A stretch of 64,000 bases of DNA from positions 18,230,001-18,294,000 of the forward strand of contig NC_086109.1 in NCBI RefSeq assembly GCF_963921235.1. Direction: 5' to 3'. Below are positions 25,838 through 36,149 of the stretch, piece after piece. The position numbers were made by a program, and so were the translations under genes. Source of the DNA: Mobula hypostoma. Taxonomy: Eukaryota. Each line of letters opens with the position of its first letter. The first letter of the stretch is position 1. The notes beneath the pieces were generated by a model that had not been told where the DNA came from, did not search any database, and saw only the letters and a program-made list of their open reading frames with translations.

Positions 25838-28597
25838 GTGGATGAATTGAAAGTGCAGATTGTTATTAATGATTATGATATAGTTGGGATCACAGAGACA
25901 TGGCTCCAGGGTGACCAGGGATGGGAGCTCAACGTTCAGGGATATTCAATATTCAGGAGGGATAGACACGAAGGAAGGGGAGGTGGGGTGGCGTTGCTGG
26001 TTAAAAAAGAGATTAACGCAATAGAAAGGAAGGACATAAGCCGGGAAGATGTGGAATCGATATGGGTAGAGCTGCGTAACACTAAGGGGCAGAAGACGCT
26101 GGTGGGAGTTGTGTACAGGCCACCTAACAGTAGTAGTGAGGTCGGAGATGGTATTAAACAGGAAATTAGAAATGTGTGCAATAAAGGAACAGCAGTTATA
26201 ATGGGTGACTTCAATCTACATGTAGACTGGGTGAACCAAATTGGTAAAGGTGCTGAGGAAGAGGATTTCTTGGAATGTATGCGGGATGGTTTTTTGAACC
26301 AACATGTCGAGGAACCGACTAGAGAGCAGGCTATTCTGGACTGGGTTTTGAGCAATGAGGAAGGGTTAATTAGCGATCTTGTCGTGAGAGGCCCCTTGGG
26401 TAAGAGTGACCATAATATGGTGGAATTCTTCATTAACATGGAGAGTGACGTAGTTAATTCAGAAACAAAGGTTCTGAACTTAAAGAGGGGTAACTTTGAA
26501 GGTATGAGACATGAATTAGCTAAGATAGACTGGCAAATGACACTTCAAGGATTGACGGTGGATATGCAATGGCAGGCATTTAAAGGTTGCATGGATGAAC
26601 TACAACAATTGTTCATCCCAGTTTGGCAAAAGAATAAATCAAGGAAGGTAGTGCACCCGTGGCTGACAAGAGAAATTAGGGATAGTATCAATTCCAAAGA
26701 AGTAGCATACAAATTAGCCAGAGAAAGTGGCTCACCTGAGGACTGGGAGAAATTCAGAGTTCAGCAGAGGAGGACAAAGGGCTTAATTAGGAAGGGGAAA
26801 AAAGATTATGAGAGAAAACTGGCAGAGAACATAAAAACGGACTGTAAAAGCTTTTATAGATATGTAAAAAGGAAAAGACTGATAAAGACAAATGTAGGTC
26901 CCCTGCAAACAGAAACAGGTGAATTGATTATGGGGAGCAAGGACATGGCAGACCAATTGAATAATTACTTTGGTTCTGTCTTCACTAAGGAGGACATAAA
27001 TAATCTTCCAGAAATAGTAAGGGACAGAGGGTCCAGTGAGATGGAGGAACTGAGCGAAATACATGTTAGTAGGGAAGTGGTGTTAGGTAAATTGAAGGGA
27101 TTGAAGGCAGATAAATCCCCAGGGCCAGATGGTCTGCATCCCAGAGTGCTTAAGGAAGTGGCCCAAGAAATAGTGGATGCATTAGTGATAATTTTTCAAA
27201 ACTCGTTAGATTCTGGACTAGTTCCTGAGGATTGGAGGGTGGCTAATGTAACCCCACTTTTTAAAAAAGGAGGGAGAGAGAAACCGGGGAATTATAGGCC
27301 GGTTAGCCTAACGTCGGTGGTGGGGAAACTGCTGGAGTCAGTTATCAAGGATGTGATAACAGCACATTTGGAAAGCGGTGAAATGATCGGACAAAGTCAG
27401 CATGGATTTGTGAAAGGAAAATCATGTCTGACGAATCTCATAGAATTTTTTGAGGATGTAACTAGTAGAGTGGATAGGGGAGAACCAGTGGATGTGGTAT
27501 ATTTGGATTTTCAAAAGGCTTTTGACAAGGTCCCACATAGGAGATTAGTGTGCAAACTTAAAGCACACGGTATTGGGGGTAAGGTATTGGTGTGGGTGGA
27601 GAATTGGTTAGCAGACAGGAAGCAAAGAGTGGGAATAAACGGGACCTTTTCAGAATGGCAGGCGGTGACTAGTGGGGTACCGCAAGGCTCAGTGCTGGGA
27701 CCCCAGTTGTTTACAATATATATTAATGACTTGGATGAGGGAATTAAATGCAGCATCTCCAAGTTTGCGGATGACACGAAGCTGGGTGGCAGTGTTAGCA
27801 GTGAGGAGGATGCTAAGAGGATGCAGGGTGACTTGGATAGGTTGGGTGAGTGGGCAAACTCATGGCAGATGCAATTTAATGTGGATAAATGTGAAGTTAT
27901 CCACTTTGGTGGCAAAAATAGGAAAACAGATTATTATCTGAATGGTGGCCGATTAGGAAAAGGGGAGGTGCAACGAGACCTGGGTGTCATTATACACCAG
28001 TCATTGAAAGTGGGCATGCAGGTACAGCAGGCGGTGAAAAAGGCGAACGGTATGCTGGCATTTATAGCGAGAGGATTCGAGTACAGGAGCAGGGAGGTAC
28101 TACTGCAGTTGTACAAGGCCTTGGTGAGACCACACCTGGAGTATTGTGTGCAGTTTTGGTCCCCTAATCTGAGGAAAGACATCTTTGCCATAGAGGGAGT
28201 ACAAAGAAGGTTCACCAGATTGATTCCTGGGATGGCAGGTCTTTCATATGAAGAAAGACTGGATGAACTGGGCTTGTACTCGTTGGAATTTAGAAGATTG
28301 AGGGGGGATCTGATTGAAACGTATAAGATCCTAAAGGGATTGGACAGGCTAGATGCAGGAAGATTGTTCCCGATGTTGGGGAGGTCTAGAACGAGGGGTC
28401 ACAGTTTGAGGATAGAGGGGAAGCCTTTTAGGACCGAGGTTAAGAAAAACTTCTTCACACAGAGAGTGGTGAATCTGTGGAATTCTCTGCCACAGCAAAC
28501 TGTTGAGGCCAGTTCATTAGCTATGTTTAAAAGGAAGTTAGATATGGCCCTTGTGGCTACAGGGGTCAGGGGGTATGGAGGGAAGGCTGGGTTCTGA
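25838..28597 (+). CDS. CR1 LINE ORF2 (APE endonuclease + reverse transcriptase), 5'-truncated near the N-terminus but uninterrupted
   Basis: 919 codons; APE motifs GITETW, MGDFN, SDH; RT motifs YRPVSL, QHGF, YLDFQKAFDKV, GVPQGSVLGP, FADD; starts at GTG at the insertion junction. Confidence 0.95.
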   Translation: MDELKVQIVINDYDIVGITETWLQGDQGWELNVQGYSIFRRDRHEGRGGGVALLVKKEINAIERKDISREDVESIWVELRNTKGQKTLVGVVYRPPNSSSEVGDGIKQEIRNVCNKGTAVIMGDFNLHVDWVNQIGKGAEEEDFLECMRDGFLNQHVEEPTREQAILDWVLSNEEGLISDLVVRGPLGKSDHNMVEFFINMESDVVNSETKVLNLKRGNFEGMRHELAKIDWQMTLQGLTVDMQWQAFKGCMDELQQLFIPVWQKNKSRKVVHPWLTREIRDSINSKEVAYKLARESGSPEDWEKFRVQQRRTKGLIRKGKKDYERKLAENIKTDCKSFYRYVKRKRLIKTNVGPLQTETGELIMGSKDMADQLNNYFGSVFTKEDINNLPEIVRDRGSSEMEELSEIHVSREVVLGKLKGLKADKSPGPDGLHPRVLKEVAQEIVDALVIIFQNSLDSGLVPEDWRVANVTPLFKKGGREKPGNYRPVSLTSVVGKLLESVIKDVITAHLESGEMIGQSQHGFVKGKSCLTNLIEFFEDVTSRVDRGEPVDVVYLDFQKAFDKVPHRRLVCKLKAHGIGGKVLVWVENWLADRKQRVGINGTFSEWQAVTSGVPQGSVLGPQLFTIYINDLDEGIKCSISKFADDTKLGGSVSSEEDAKRMQGDLDRLGEWANSWQMQFNVDKCEVIHFGGKNRKTDYYLNGGRLGKGEVQRDLGVIIHQSLKVGMQVQQAVKKANGMLAFIARGFEYRSREVLLQLYKALVRPHLEYCVQFWSPNLRKDIFAIEGVQRRFTRLIPGMAGLSYEERLDELGLYSLEFRRLRGDLIETYKILKGLDRLDAGRLFPMLGRSRTRGHSLRIEGKPFRTEVKKNFFTQRVVNLWNSLPQQTVEASSLAMFKRKLDMALVATGVRGYGGKAGF

Positions 28598-28693
28598 GTT
28601 GGATGATCAGCCATGATCATAATAAATGGCGGTGCAGGCTCGAAGGGCCGAATGGCCTACTCCTGCACCTATTTTCTATGTTTCTATGTTTCT
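28598..28693 (+). mobile_element. CR1 3'UTR with stem-loop and (TTTCTATG)n tail
   Basis: gcaggctcgaagggccgaatggcctactcctgc then tttctatgtttctatgtttcta. Confidence 0.9.
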
Positions 28694-30209
28694 AAAACTC
28701 CTTGCACCTGATTTTTTTCAATTTTCTCTGTGTTTAGAAAATAGTCTATGCATTTATTCCTTCTACTAAAGTCCATGACTATGCACTTTCCTACACTCTT
28801 TCATCTGCCACTTCATTGCCCATTCTCCTAATCTGTCTAAGTCCTTCTGCAGACTCTCTCCTTCTTCAACACTGCCTGCCCCTCCACCTATCTTTGTATC
28901 ATCTATGAAGCTGGCCACAAAGCCGTCAATTCCATCATCCAAATCATTGACGTATAACATGAAGAGAAGCAGTTCCGACACCTAAAGGGTGGTTTTGAGA
29001 CTATCTGGTGTTTCCGTGGCCACCACCACTGATGCTAGCTTTACATTCCACATTAATTTGGCTGCTTGAAAGTTAAATTCTACAGCTTTTACTGAGTTAC
29101 ACTATTGGATGTCTCTGGATCACTGAACGTAGATTCTGGACACTCTGCGATTAATTTACTCACCAAAAGGATTGGTGGGTCTCAGTTTAATTGCAACTGA
29201 AAGACGGCATCTAAATAAACCAGCACTCCCTCAGTACTTCAGTGACAATTCAACCTACACTGTTTCCTCAGCTTTCTATGATGTTTCAGTTTCGTAATTT
29301 AGTGATATTGGGTCATACAGTATGGAAACAGGGCTGTCGACCCAACTTGTCCATGCTGACCAACGTCTCCTCTAAGGCAGTCCCATTTGTATCAGTTTTA
29401 ACGATTAATTTTATTTGTCATAAATACATTGAAACATCGAAACATACAATGAAGTCTATCCTTTGCATCAATGACCAACACAGAGGATGAGCTGAGGACA
29501 GACTGCAAGTGTCACCATGCTAGCATGCCCACTACTTACTATCCCTAATTCGCATCTCTTTGGAATATGGGAAGAAATGCACATGGTCAAGGGGAAAATG
29601 TGCAAACTCCTTACAGACAGCAGCAGGAATGGAACTTTGATCGCTGCTCTGCAAAGCATTACACTGACCACTACATTACCGTGTAGCCCACCTACAACAC
29701 TTCCCACGAACCTTTCGTATCCATCTACCTGTCTAAATGTCTTTTAAATATTGTTCTTTTATACTTGCCTCAATCACTTTCTCATGCAGCTCTCTCTGTC
29801 TACATACCCCCATCTGTGAAAAAAGGTTGCTCATCAGATTCCTATTAAAGCTTTTCACTTGTGACTTGCAAAAATGATACAGGGTTATGTAAAAAAAAGG
29901 ATCTAGTGCTCTCCCGGCATAAATGATGAATAAACTCCTCTCGGACTTCCAGCTGGGTACAGATTATAACCAACGTTTTGATGACAAACTAATGATGAGG
30001 ATGTTATCGAAATGCTGATTATAATCAATACCTGCACCTGGCTGGAAACCCTAGGTTAATTCAACATGGTTATGTGGTGTTTTTCATTACTATCAACAGC
30101 TCTCAAAGTTCCTAAAACTCAGTGAAATGCATTTACACTGTTGGTGTGTTGGTGTAAATGTGATAAATATGGCAGAAAGGAAAATTCCAGAAAGAGCAAT
30201 GAGATGGAG

Positions 30210-31220
30210 GTCAGTTTGCATGGAGGTTGATGACCAGTGGTGTGCCTCAGGGATCTCTTCTGGGACCCTTACTCTTCGTGATTTTTATAAATGACCTGGA
30301 TGAGGAAGTGGAGGGATGGGTTAGTAAATTTGCTGATGACACAAAGGTTGAGGGTGTTGTGGATAGTGTGGAGGGCTGTCAGAGGTTACAACAGGACATT
30401 GATAGGTTGCAAAACTGGGCTGAGAAGTGGCAGATGGAGTTCAACCCCTAAGTGTGAGGTGGTTCATTTTGGTAGGTCAAGTATTAGTGGTAAGACTATT
30501 GGCAGTGTGGAGGATCAGAAGGATCTTGGGGTCCAAGTCCATAGGACAATCAAAGCTGCTGCGCAGGTTGACTCTGTGGTTAAGGAAGCATATGGTGCAT
30601 TGGCCTTCATCAATCGTGGGATTGAGTTTAGGAGCCGAGAGGTAATGTTGCAGTTATGTAAGACCCTGGTCAGACCCCACTTGGAGTACTGTGCTCAGTT
30701 CTGGTCGCCTCACTACAGGAAAGATGTGAAAGCCATAGAAAGGGTGCAGAGGAGATTTACAAGGATGTTGCCTGGATTGGGGAGCATGCCTTATGAGAAT
30801 AGGTTGAATGAACTCGGCCTTTTCTCCTTGGAGGGATGGAGGATGAGAGGTGACCTGATAGAGGTGTATAAGATGATGAGAGGCATTGATCATGTGGATA
30901 GTCAGATGCTTTTTCCCAGGGCTGAAATGGCGAACACGAGAGGGCACAGTTTTAAGGTGACTGGAAGTAGGTACAGAGGAGATGTCAGGAGTAAGTTTTT
31001 TACGCAGAGTGGTGAGTGCATGGAATGGGCTGCCGGCAACAGTGGCGGAGGCAGATACGATAGAGTCTTTAAGAGACTCCTGGATGTGTACATGGAGCTC
31101 AGAAAAATAGAGGTCTGTGGGTATCCCTAGGTAATTGCTATAGTAAGGACATGTTCGGCACAGTTTTGTGGGCCAAAAGGCCTGTATTGCGCTGTAGGCC
31201 TTCTCTGTTTCTATGTTTCT
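30210..31220 (+). mobile_element. 5'-truncated CR1 LINE with frameshifts
   Basis: GVPQGSLLGP, KFADD, LVRPHLEYCAQFWSP; tttctatgtttcta tail. Confidence 0.9.
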
Positions 31221-32834
31221 AGATAAGATTCAGAAAATTCCTATTTGGCTCGGTCCTCTGAAAGCAGGTGAATTAGTGTTGGAGATCACCTTGACCAATA
31301 GCTCCCAGCATTTTAGCTCATTGAAGAACAAGTTATGGCCTGTCTAAAGTCTCACACGACCAGCTTCAAGAACAGCTACTTCCCTTCAAATATCAGGTCC
31401 TTGAACCAACCAGCGCAACTGTAAACATAAACACAAGAAATTCTCTAGATGCTGGAAATCCAAAGCAACACGCACAAAATGTTGGATCAACTCAGCGTTA
31501 CAGTTTAAATCACTACAGTTTAGCAATACTATGTTCACTTTGCACTGAATGGATTTAGTTTTTGTTTGTTCTAATTGTGTTCCTTCTTGTAAAATTGAAC
31601 TAATTTATACTTACTTGATGTTTTTCGTATAAGTGCTACTTATATGATGCGATGTATCTACAAAGCTACTGCGAGTAAATTTCTTATTGTGTCTGTGCAT
31701 ACACATTCATAGGTTTAAAGGTCCAATGTAATGTCAGAGAAACATATACAATATACATCCTGAAATGTTTTTTCTTCACAAACATCCGTGAAAACAGAGA
31801 AGTGCCCCAAAGAAGAAACAACAGATAAAAGTAAGAACCCCAAGTCCCCCCCAGCTCCCCTCCCTTCTGCACGTAAGCAGTAGCGAGCAACAATACCCCT
31901 CCCCCCACCGGAAAAAAACAAGCTTCAGCACCATCATCGAGCACTCAAGTATGAGCAAAGCAATAGCTAAGACACAGACTTGCAGTTACCCCGAAGACTT
32001 TACGTTACACCCAGCATTTGACATACTGCAGATTCTCTCTCACTCTGCCTAATAAGGGAGAAAAAGGTTGTCTCCATTTTCCCAGTGAGCGGGGAGACTT
32101 AACCAGCAACTTGCTGGTTTACGATGTTAAAAGTTCATCATGTTGCTTTCTAAGACATGAATCCCTCCAAATTCGACTGGCTTGTCCAAAGGCTGGAACC
32201 CGAAGTTGAAAAGGTATATGGAGGCTAAAGCAGTCTAAATCTATTTTCTTAAAGCCATCCTCAAACTATTTAACATTGCTCCTTTAACACCTTCATTTTA
32301 TTTGAATTGGTTTCACACTCTTGATTTGGTACTTTGCATTTGTGGAGTATGGGTGAGACTCTAGGCACATGCCAGCTGAACCAGGGCCCATTGAGAAATT
32401 GGGTTAATGAACAGAGAGAAGAAATCTTGAAAGAGCAAAGGAGCTGAGCTTACAACAATGAGGATTAAAGTTGCAATTCTATGTGAAGCTGGAACAGCAT
32501 TTACAAACACTCTTGGAGATGTGGGAGAGCACTCAATGGCAATTTGAATTAGATCACATTTAGCATAACAGTTTTGAGTTGCTTCATAAAGAAGGAAGAG
32601 AAATACCCCCCTGCATCACTATGATTTACTCCTATGAGAGTGGAGTTCTATTTTTATTGTGCCTCAGTTATGACTGAAATGGTTTTCAGCCATTGAAGAA
32701 AGACATTGTAGAAATGCACAGCAAACTCCCATAATATATTGTGCCAATTTTGGTTGATGGATAATTATTTACAGCATGAATAAATATTTACAGCACAGAG
32801 AACTCTACTTGTCTTCTGATTATTGCTACGGATG

Positions 32835-33295
32835 AACGATCCCAGGAATAAAAGGGTTAACGTATGGGGAATGTTTGTTGGCTCTGGGCCTGTACTCACT
32901 GGAGTTCAGAAGAAAGGCAGAGGATCTCACAGAAACCTATCGAATATTGAAAACCCTAGACATGGAGAGGATGTTTCCCATAGTGGGGGAGTCTAGGTCC
33001 TGAAGGCAGACTTCAAAATAGAAGGACGTCCCTTTAGAATGGAGATGTGGAGGAATTTCTTTGGCCAGAGGGTGGTGAAACAGTGGAATTCATTGCCACT
33101 GACAACTATGGAGGCCAAGTCATTAGATATATTTAAAGCACTGGTTGATAGGTTCTTGATTAGTCAGGGCGTCAAAGTTTATGGGGAGAAGGCTGGAGAA
33201 TGGAGTTGAGAGGGATAATAAATCAGCCATGATTAAATAGCAGATCATACTCAATTGACCAAATGGCCTAATTCTGTTCCTATGTCTTATGATCT
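32835..33295 (+). mobile_element. CR1 LINE 3' fragment
   Basis: ggcctgtactcactggagttcagaaga...tggaattcattgcca, CR1 3'UTR and tcttatg tail. Confidence 0.75.
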
Positions 33296-34279
33296 TACGG
33301 ATCTTCCCTCTGAGAGGATAGTTCTGAATGGAGTTGAGGGGCAGGTGAGATTGGAGCCAGGGATAGATCTGTTCATCCATTATGTCCCAATCTAAATCCC
33401 AGCATCTCAAATAATATAGCAGAAATTTTAAGTCCTCCATTTCAAAAATGCAGAAGAGGGCAATTAGGAAGTGATAAACTTCTTTTCCCATCATTCATAT
33501 CTGATCAGCTATTTTATTTTTATTAATAATAATAACTTACACATTTATAGAGCACTCTTCATACAGATGATGTAGTTCAAAGTGCTTTACAGAGGGATAA
33601 AGTGCAAACATGGAAATACAACAAAAGACATAAATAAACACGTAAAATAAAAGACAAAAAGATGTTAGTTAAAAGCAAGGTTAAATAAGTAGATTTTGAG
33701 CTGGCGTTTAAGAATGTCAACTTTTAGTTATAGCATCCCTTAGAGTTTTAATTATTGAATTCCACAATTTAGGATCGTAGTTTAAAAAAGCTGACCGCTG
33801 ATTACCTTTTGAGGGAGATTATTTAATCTTAAGAGACCAGCAGAAGGATATCTAAAGCTCGAGGAGGATTATAAAATGAAAAAGATTCTGTGATGTACTC
33901 TGGTCCAAGACTATTTAGAGCTCTAAAAACGAGTAAGAGAACTTTAAAATCGATTCTAAGAAATACAGGAAGCCAATGAAAGTTAGCTGTGATGTGTTCA
34001 CTCTTCCTAGTTTTATTTAAAAGTCTAGCAGCAGTGATCTGAATGCGTTGAAGTTTGTCAATAGATTGCTTTGGAAGGCCAGTGAAAAATGCACTGCAGT
34101 AATCTAGTCTATTCGATATAAAGATGTTACGTAGTTTTTCAGCATCATTACCTGACAGAAATGGAAATGTAGTACCTTTGTAAACAACAGGAATTCTGCA
34201 GATGCTGGAAATTCAAGCAACATACATCAAAGTTGCTGGTGAACGCAGCAGGCCAGGCAGCATCTATAGGAAGAGGCGC

Positions 34280-34315
34280 AGTCGACGTTTCAGGCCGAGA
34301 CCCTTCGTCAGGACT
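34280..34315 (-). ncRNA. Hammerhead ribozyme (minimal type I), core intact
   Basis: Minus: agtc-CTGACGA-agggtctcggcct-GAAA-cGTC-gact. Confidence 0.78.
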
Positions 34316-34607
34316 AACTGAAGGAAGAGTGAGTAAGGGATTTGAAAGCTGGAGGGGGAGGGGGAGATGCAAAATGATAGGAGAAGACAGGAGGGGGAGG
34401 GATGGAGCCGAGAGCTGGACAGGTGATAGGCAAAAGGGGATACGAGAGGATCATGGGACAGGAGGTCCGGGAAGAAAGACGGGGGGGGGTGACCCAGAGG
34501 ATGGGCAAGAGGTATATTCAGAGGGACAGAGGGAGAAAAAGGAGAGTGAGAGAAAGAATGTGTGCATTAAAAAGAGTAACAGATGGGGTACGAGGGGGAG
34601 GTGGGGC

Positions 34608-34901
34608 CTAGCGGAAGTTAGAGAAGTCAATGTTCATGCCATCAGGTTGGAGGCTACCCAGACGGAATATAAGGTGTTGTTCCTCCAACCTGAGTGTGGC
34701 TTCATCTTTACAGTAGAGGAGGCCGTGGATAGACATGTCAGAATGGGAATGGGATGTGGAATTAAAATGTGTGGCCACTGGGAGATCCTGCTTTCTCTGG
34801 CGGACAGAGCGTAGATGTTCAGCAAAGCGGTCTCCCAGTCTGCGTCGGGTCTCACCAATATATAAAAGGCCACATCGGGAGCACCGGACGCAGTATATCA
34901 C
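34608..34901 (-). CDS. Penelope-like GIY-YIG endonuclease domain (C-terminal fragment of the PLE ORF)
   Basis: (G)VIYCVRCSRCGLLYIGET..RLGDRFAEH..HF..EQHLI..GMN; GIY-YIG with CxxC and conserved R, E, N; no genuine start, cut at the inversion junction. Confidence 0.9.
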   Translation of the reverse strand: MIYCVRCSRCGLLYIGETRRRLGDRFAEHLRSVRQRKQDLPVATHFNSTSHSHSDMSIHGLLYCKDEATLRLEEQHLIFRLGSLQPDGMNIDFSNFR

Positions 34902-35147
34902 CCCATTCTTTCTCTCACTCTCCTTTTTCTCCCTCTGTCCCTCTGAATATACCTCTTGCCCATCCTCTGGGTCACCCCCCCCGTCTTTCTTCCCGGACCT
35001 CCTGTCCCATGATCCTCTCGTATCCCCTTCTGCCTATCACCTGTCCAGCTCTCGGCTCCATCCCTCCCCCTCCTGTCTTCTCCTATCATTTTGCATCTCC
35101 CCCTCCCCCTCCAGCTTTCAAATCCCTTACTCACTCTTCCTTCAGTT

Positions 35148-35183
35148 AGTCCTGACGAAGGGTCTCGGCCTGAAACGTCGACT
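35148..35183 (+). ncRNA. Hammerhead ribozyme (minimal type I), core intact
   Basis: agtc-CTGACGA-agggtctcggcct-GAAA-cGTC-gact; predicted cleavage after GTC (35179). Confidence 0.78.
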
Positions 35184-36149
35184 GCGCCTCTTCCTATAGA
35201 TGCTGCCTGGCCTGCTGCGTTCACCAGCAACTTTGATGTATGTTGTAGTACCTTTGTTATCTTTTTATGTGTAGAAGTGCTGGTCTGATCACATTCTTTA
35301 TGTAGAATTTAAAATTCGGATCTGAATCAAGAATAATATCCAGGCTTGGTGCTTTTGACTTACAAAGGGAGCCAAAATCCTAAGTTTATCAAGAAGTTTA
35401 TCTCCTTTGGCTTTGGGACTAACCCAAAAGTATTTTAATTCTATCTTCATCTAGTTTAAGGAAATTATTGCTCATCCATTTATTTATTGTAGCCAGAAGT
35501 CCAAAAAAGGAGGGTGTTACCATCATCTGGTTCAGCTGAGATATACAATTAATAGTGTGAGTCATCCGCATAACTGTGGACATCAAGTTTGTGCTCTCTA
35601 ATGATGTCTCATGAGGGGAGCATGTATAAGCAGAAAAACAGACCAAGACCACTTCCTTGAGCAACGCCAAAAGGTACATCGTATATCTTATAAAATTGTT
35701 TTCCAAGACAGACAAATATTTTTTTTTCTCTTTAAGATATGGGTGAAAGAAATCACTTAAGTGTCCTACCAGAGAGGTCAACCCAGTTTTAAAGGCAAGT
35801 TAGGACAATGCTGTGGTCAATTGTGTTGAAGGCAGCACTTAGATCTGGGAGAGTTAGAAATGAGACTCTGTAGGCATCAGTGCTGAGCCTGAGGTCGTTG
35901 ACAACTTTGTTAAGGACCTCTCTGTGCTACTGTTTGCTCTTTTTGTCAGTTATTAAGCTCTCATGGACAGGTACAGCTGTTGTACCTCAAGAAGGAGACG
36001 TTGGCAATGGAGAGGAAGCAGGAAATTTATCACTGATGGACTTTAGTTATGAGGTGTTACTCCACAATCTAGGATTATAATTACTCAGGGAAATTACTTG
36101 ATTGAAATTTATAAGGGAATTAATGGGATAAATCATAAGCAACAAAGAA

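Larger units (their letters stand above)
25230..28985 (-). mobile_element. Older CR1 relic (25230-25835 and 28694-28985) hosting the young CR1 insertion
   Basis: LYVNDLDDGIDGFVASFIDDTKIGG on minus at 28766-28981; CR1 3' region on minus at 25230-25835. Confidence 0.75.
34182..35243 (-). mobile_element. Young Penelope-like insertion: GIY-YIG + 3' pLTR with an inverted pLTR copy
   Basis: Near-perfect ~340-bp inverted arms 34218-34560 and 34904-35245; 14-bp TSD TGTAGTACCTTTGT at 34168-34181 and 35244-35257. Confidence 0.92.
33525..35920 (-). mobile_element. L2 LINE relic interrupted by a Penelope-like insertion
   Basis: Minus: HSYADD, WMSNNFLKLD, DAEKL..FISNRLDYC, HWLPVFLRIDFKVLLL; L2-type 3' end tgtaaagcactttgaact...gtgctctataaat and (TTA)n. 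Confidence 0.85.
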
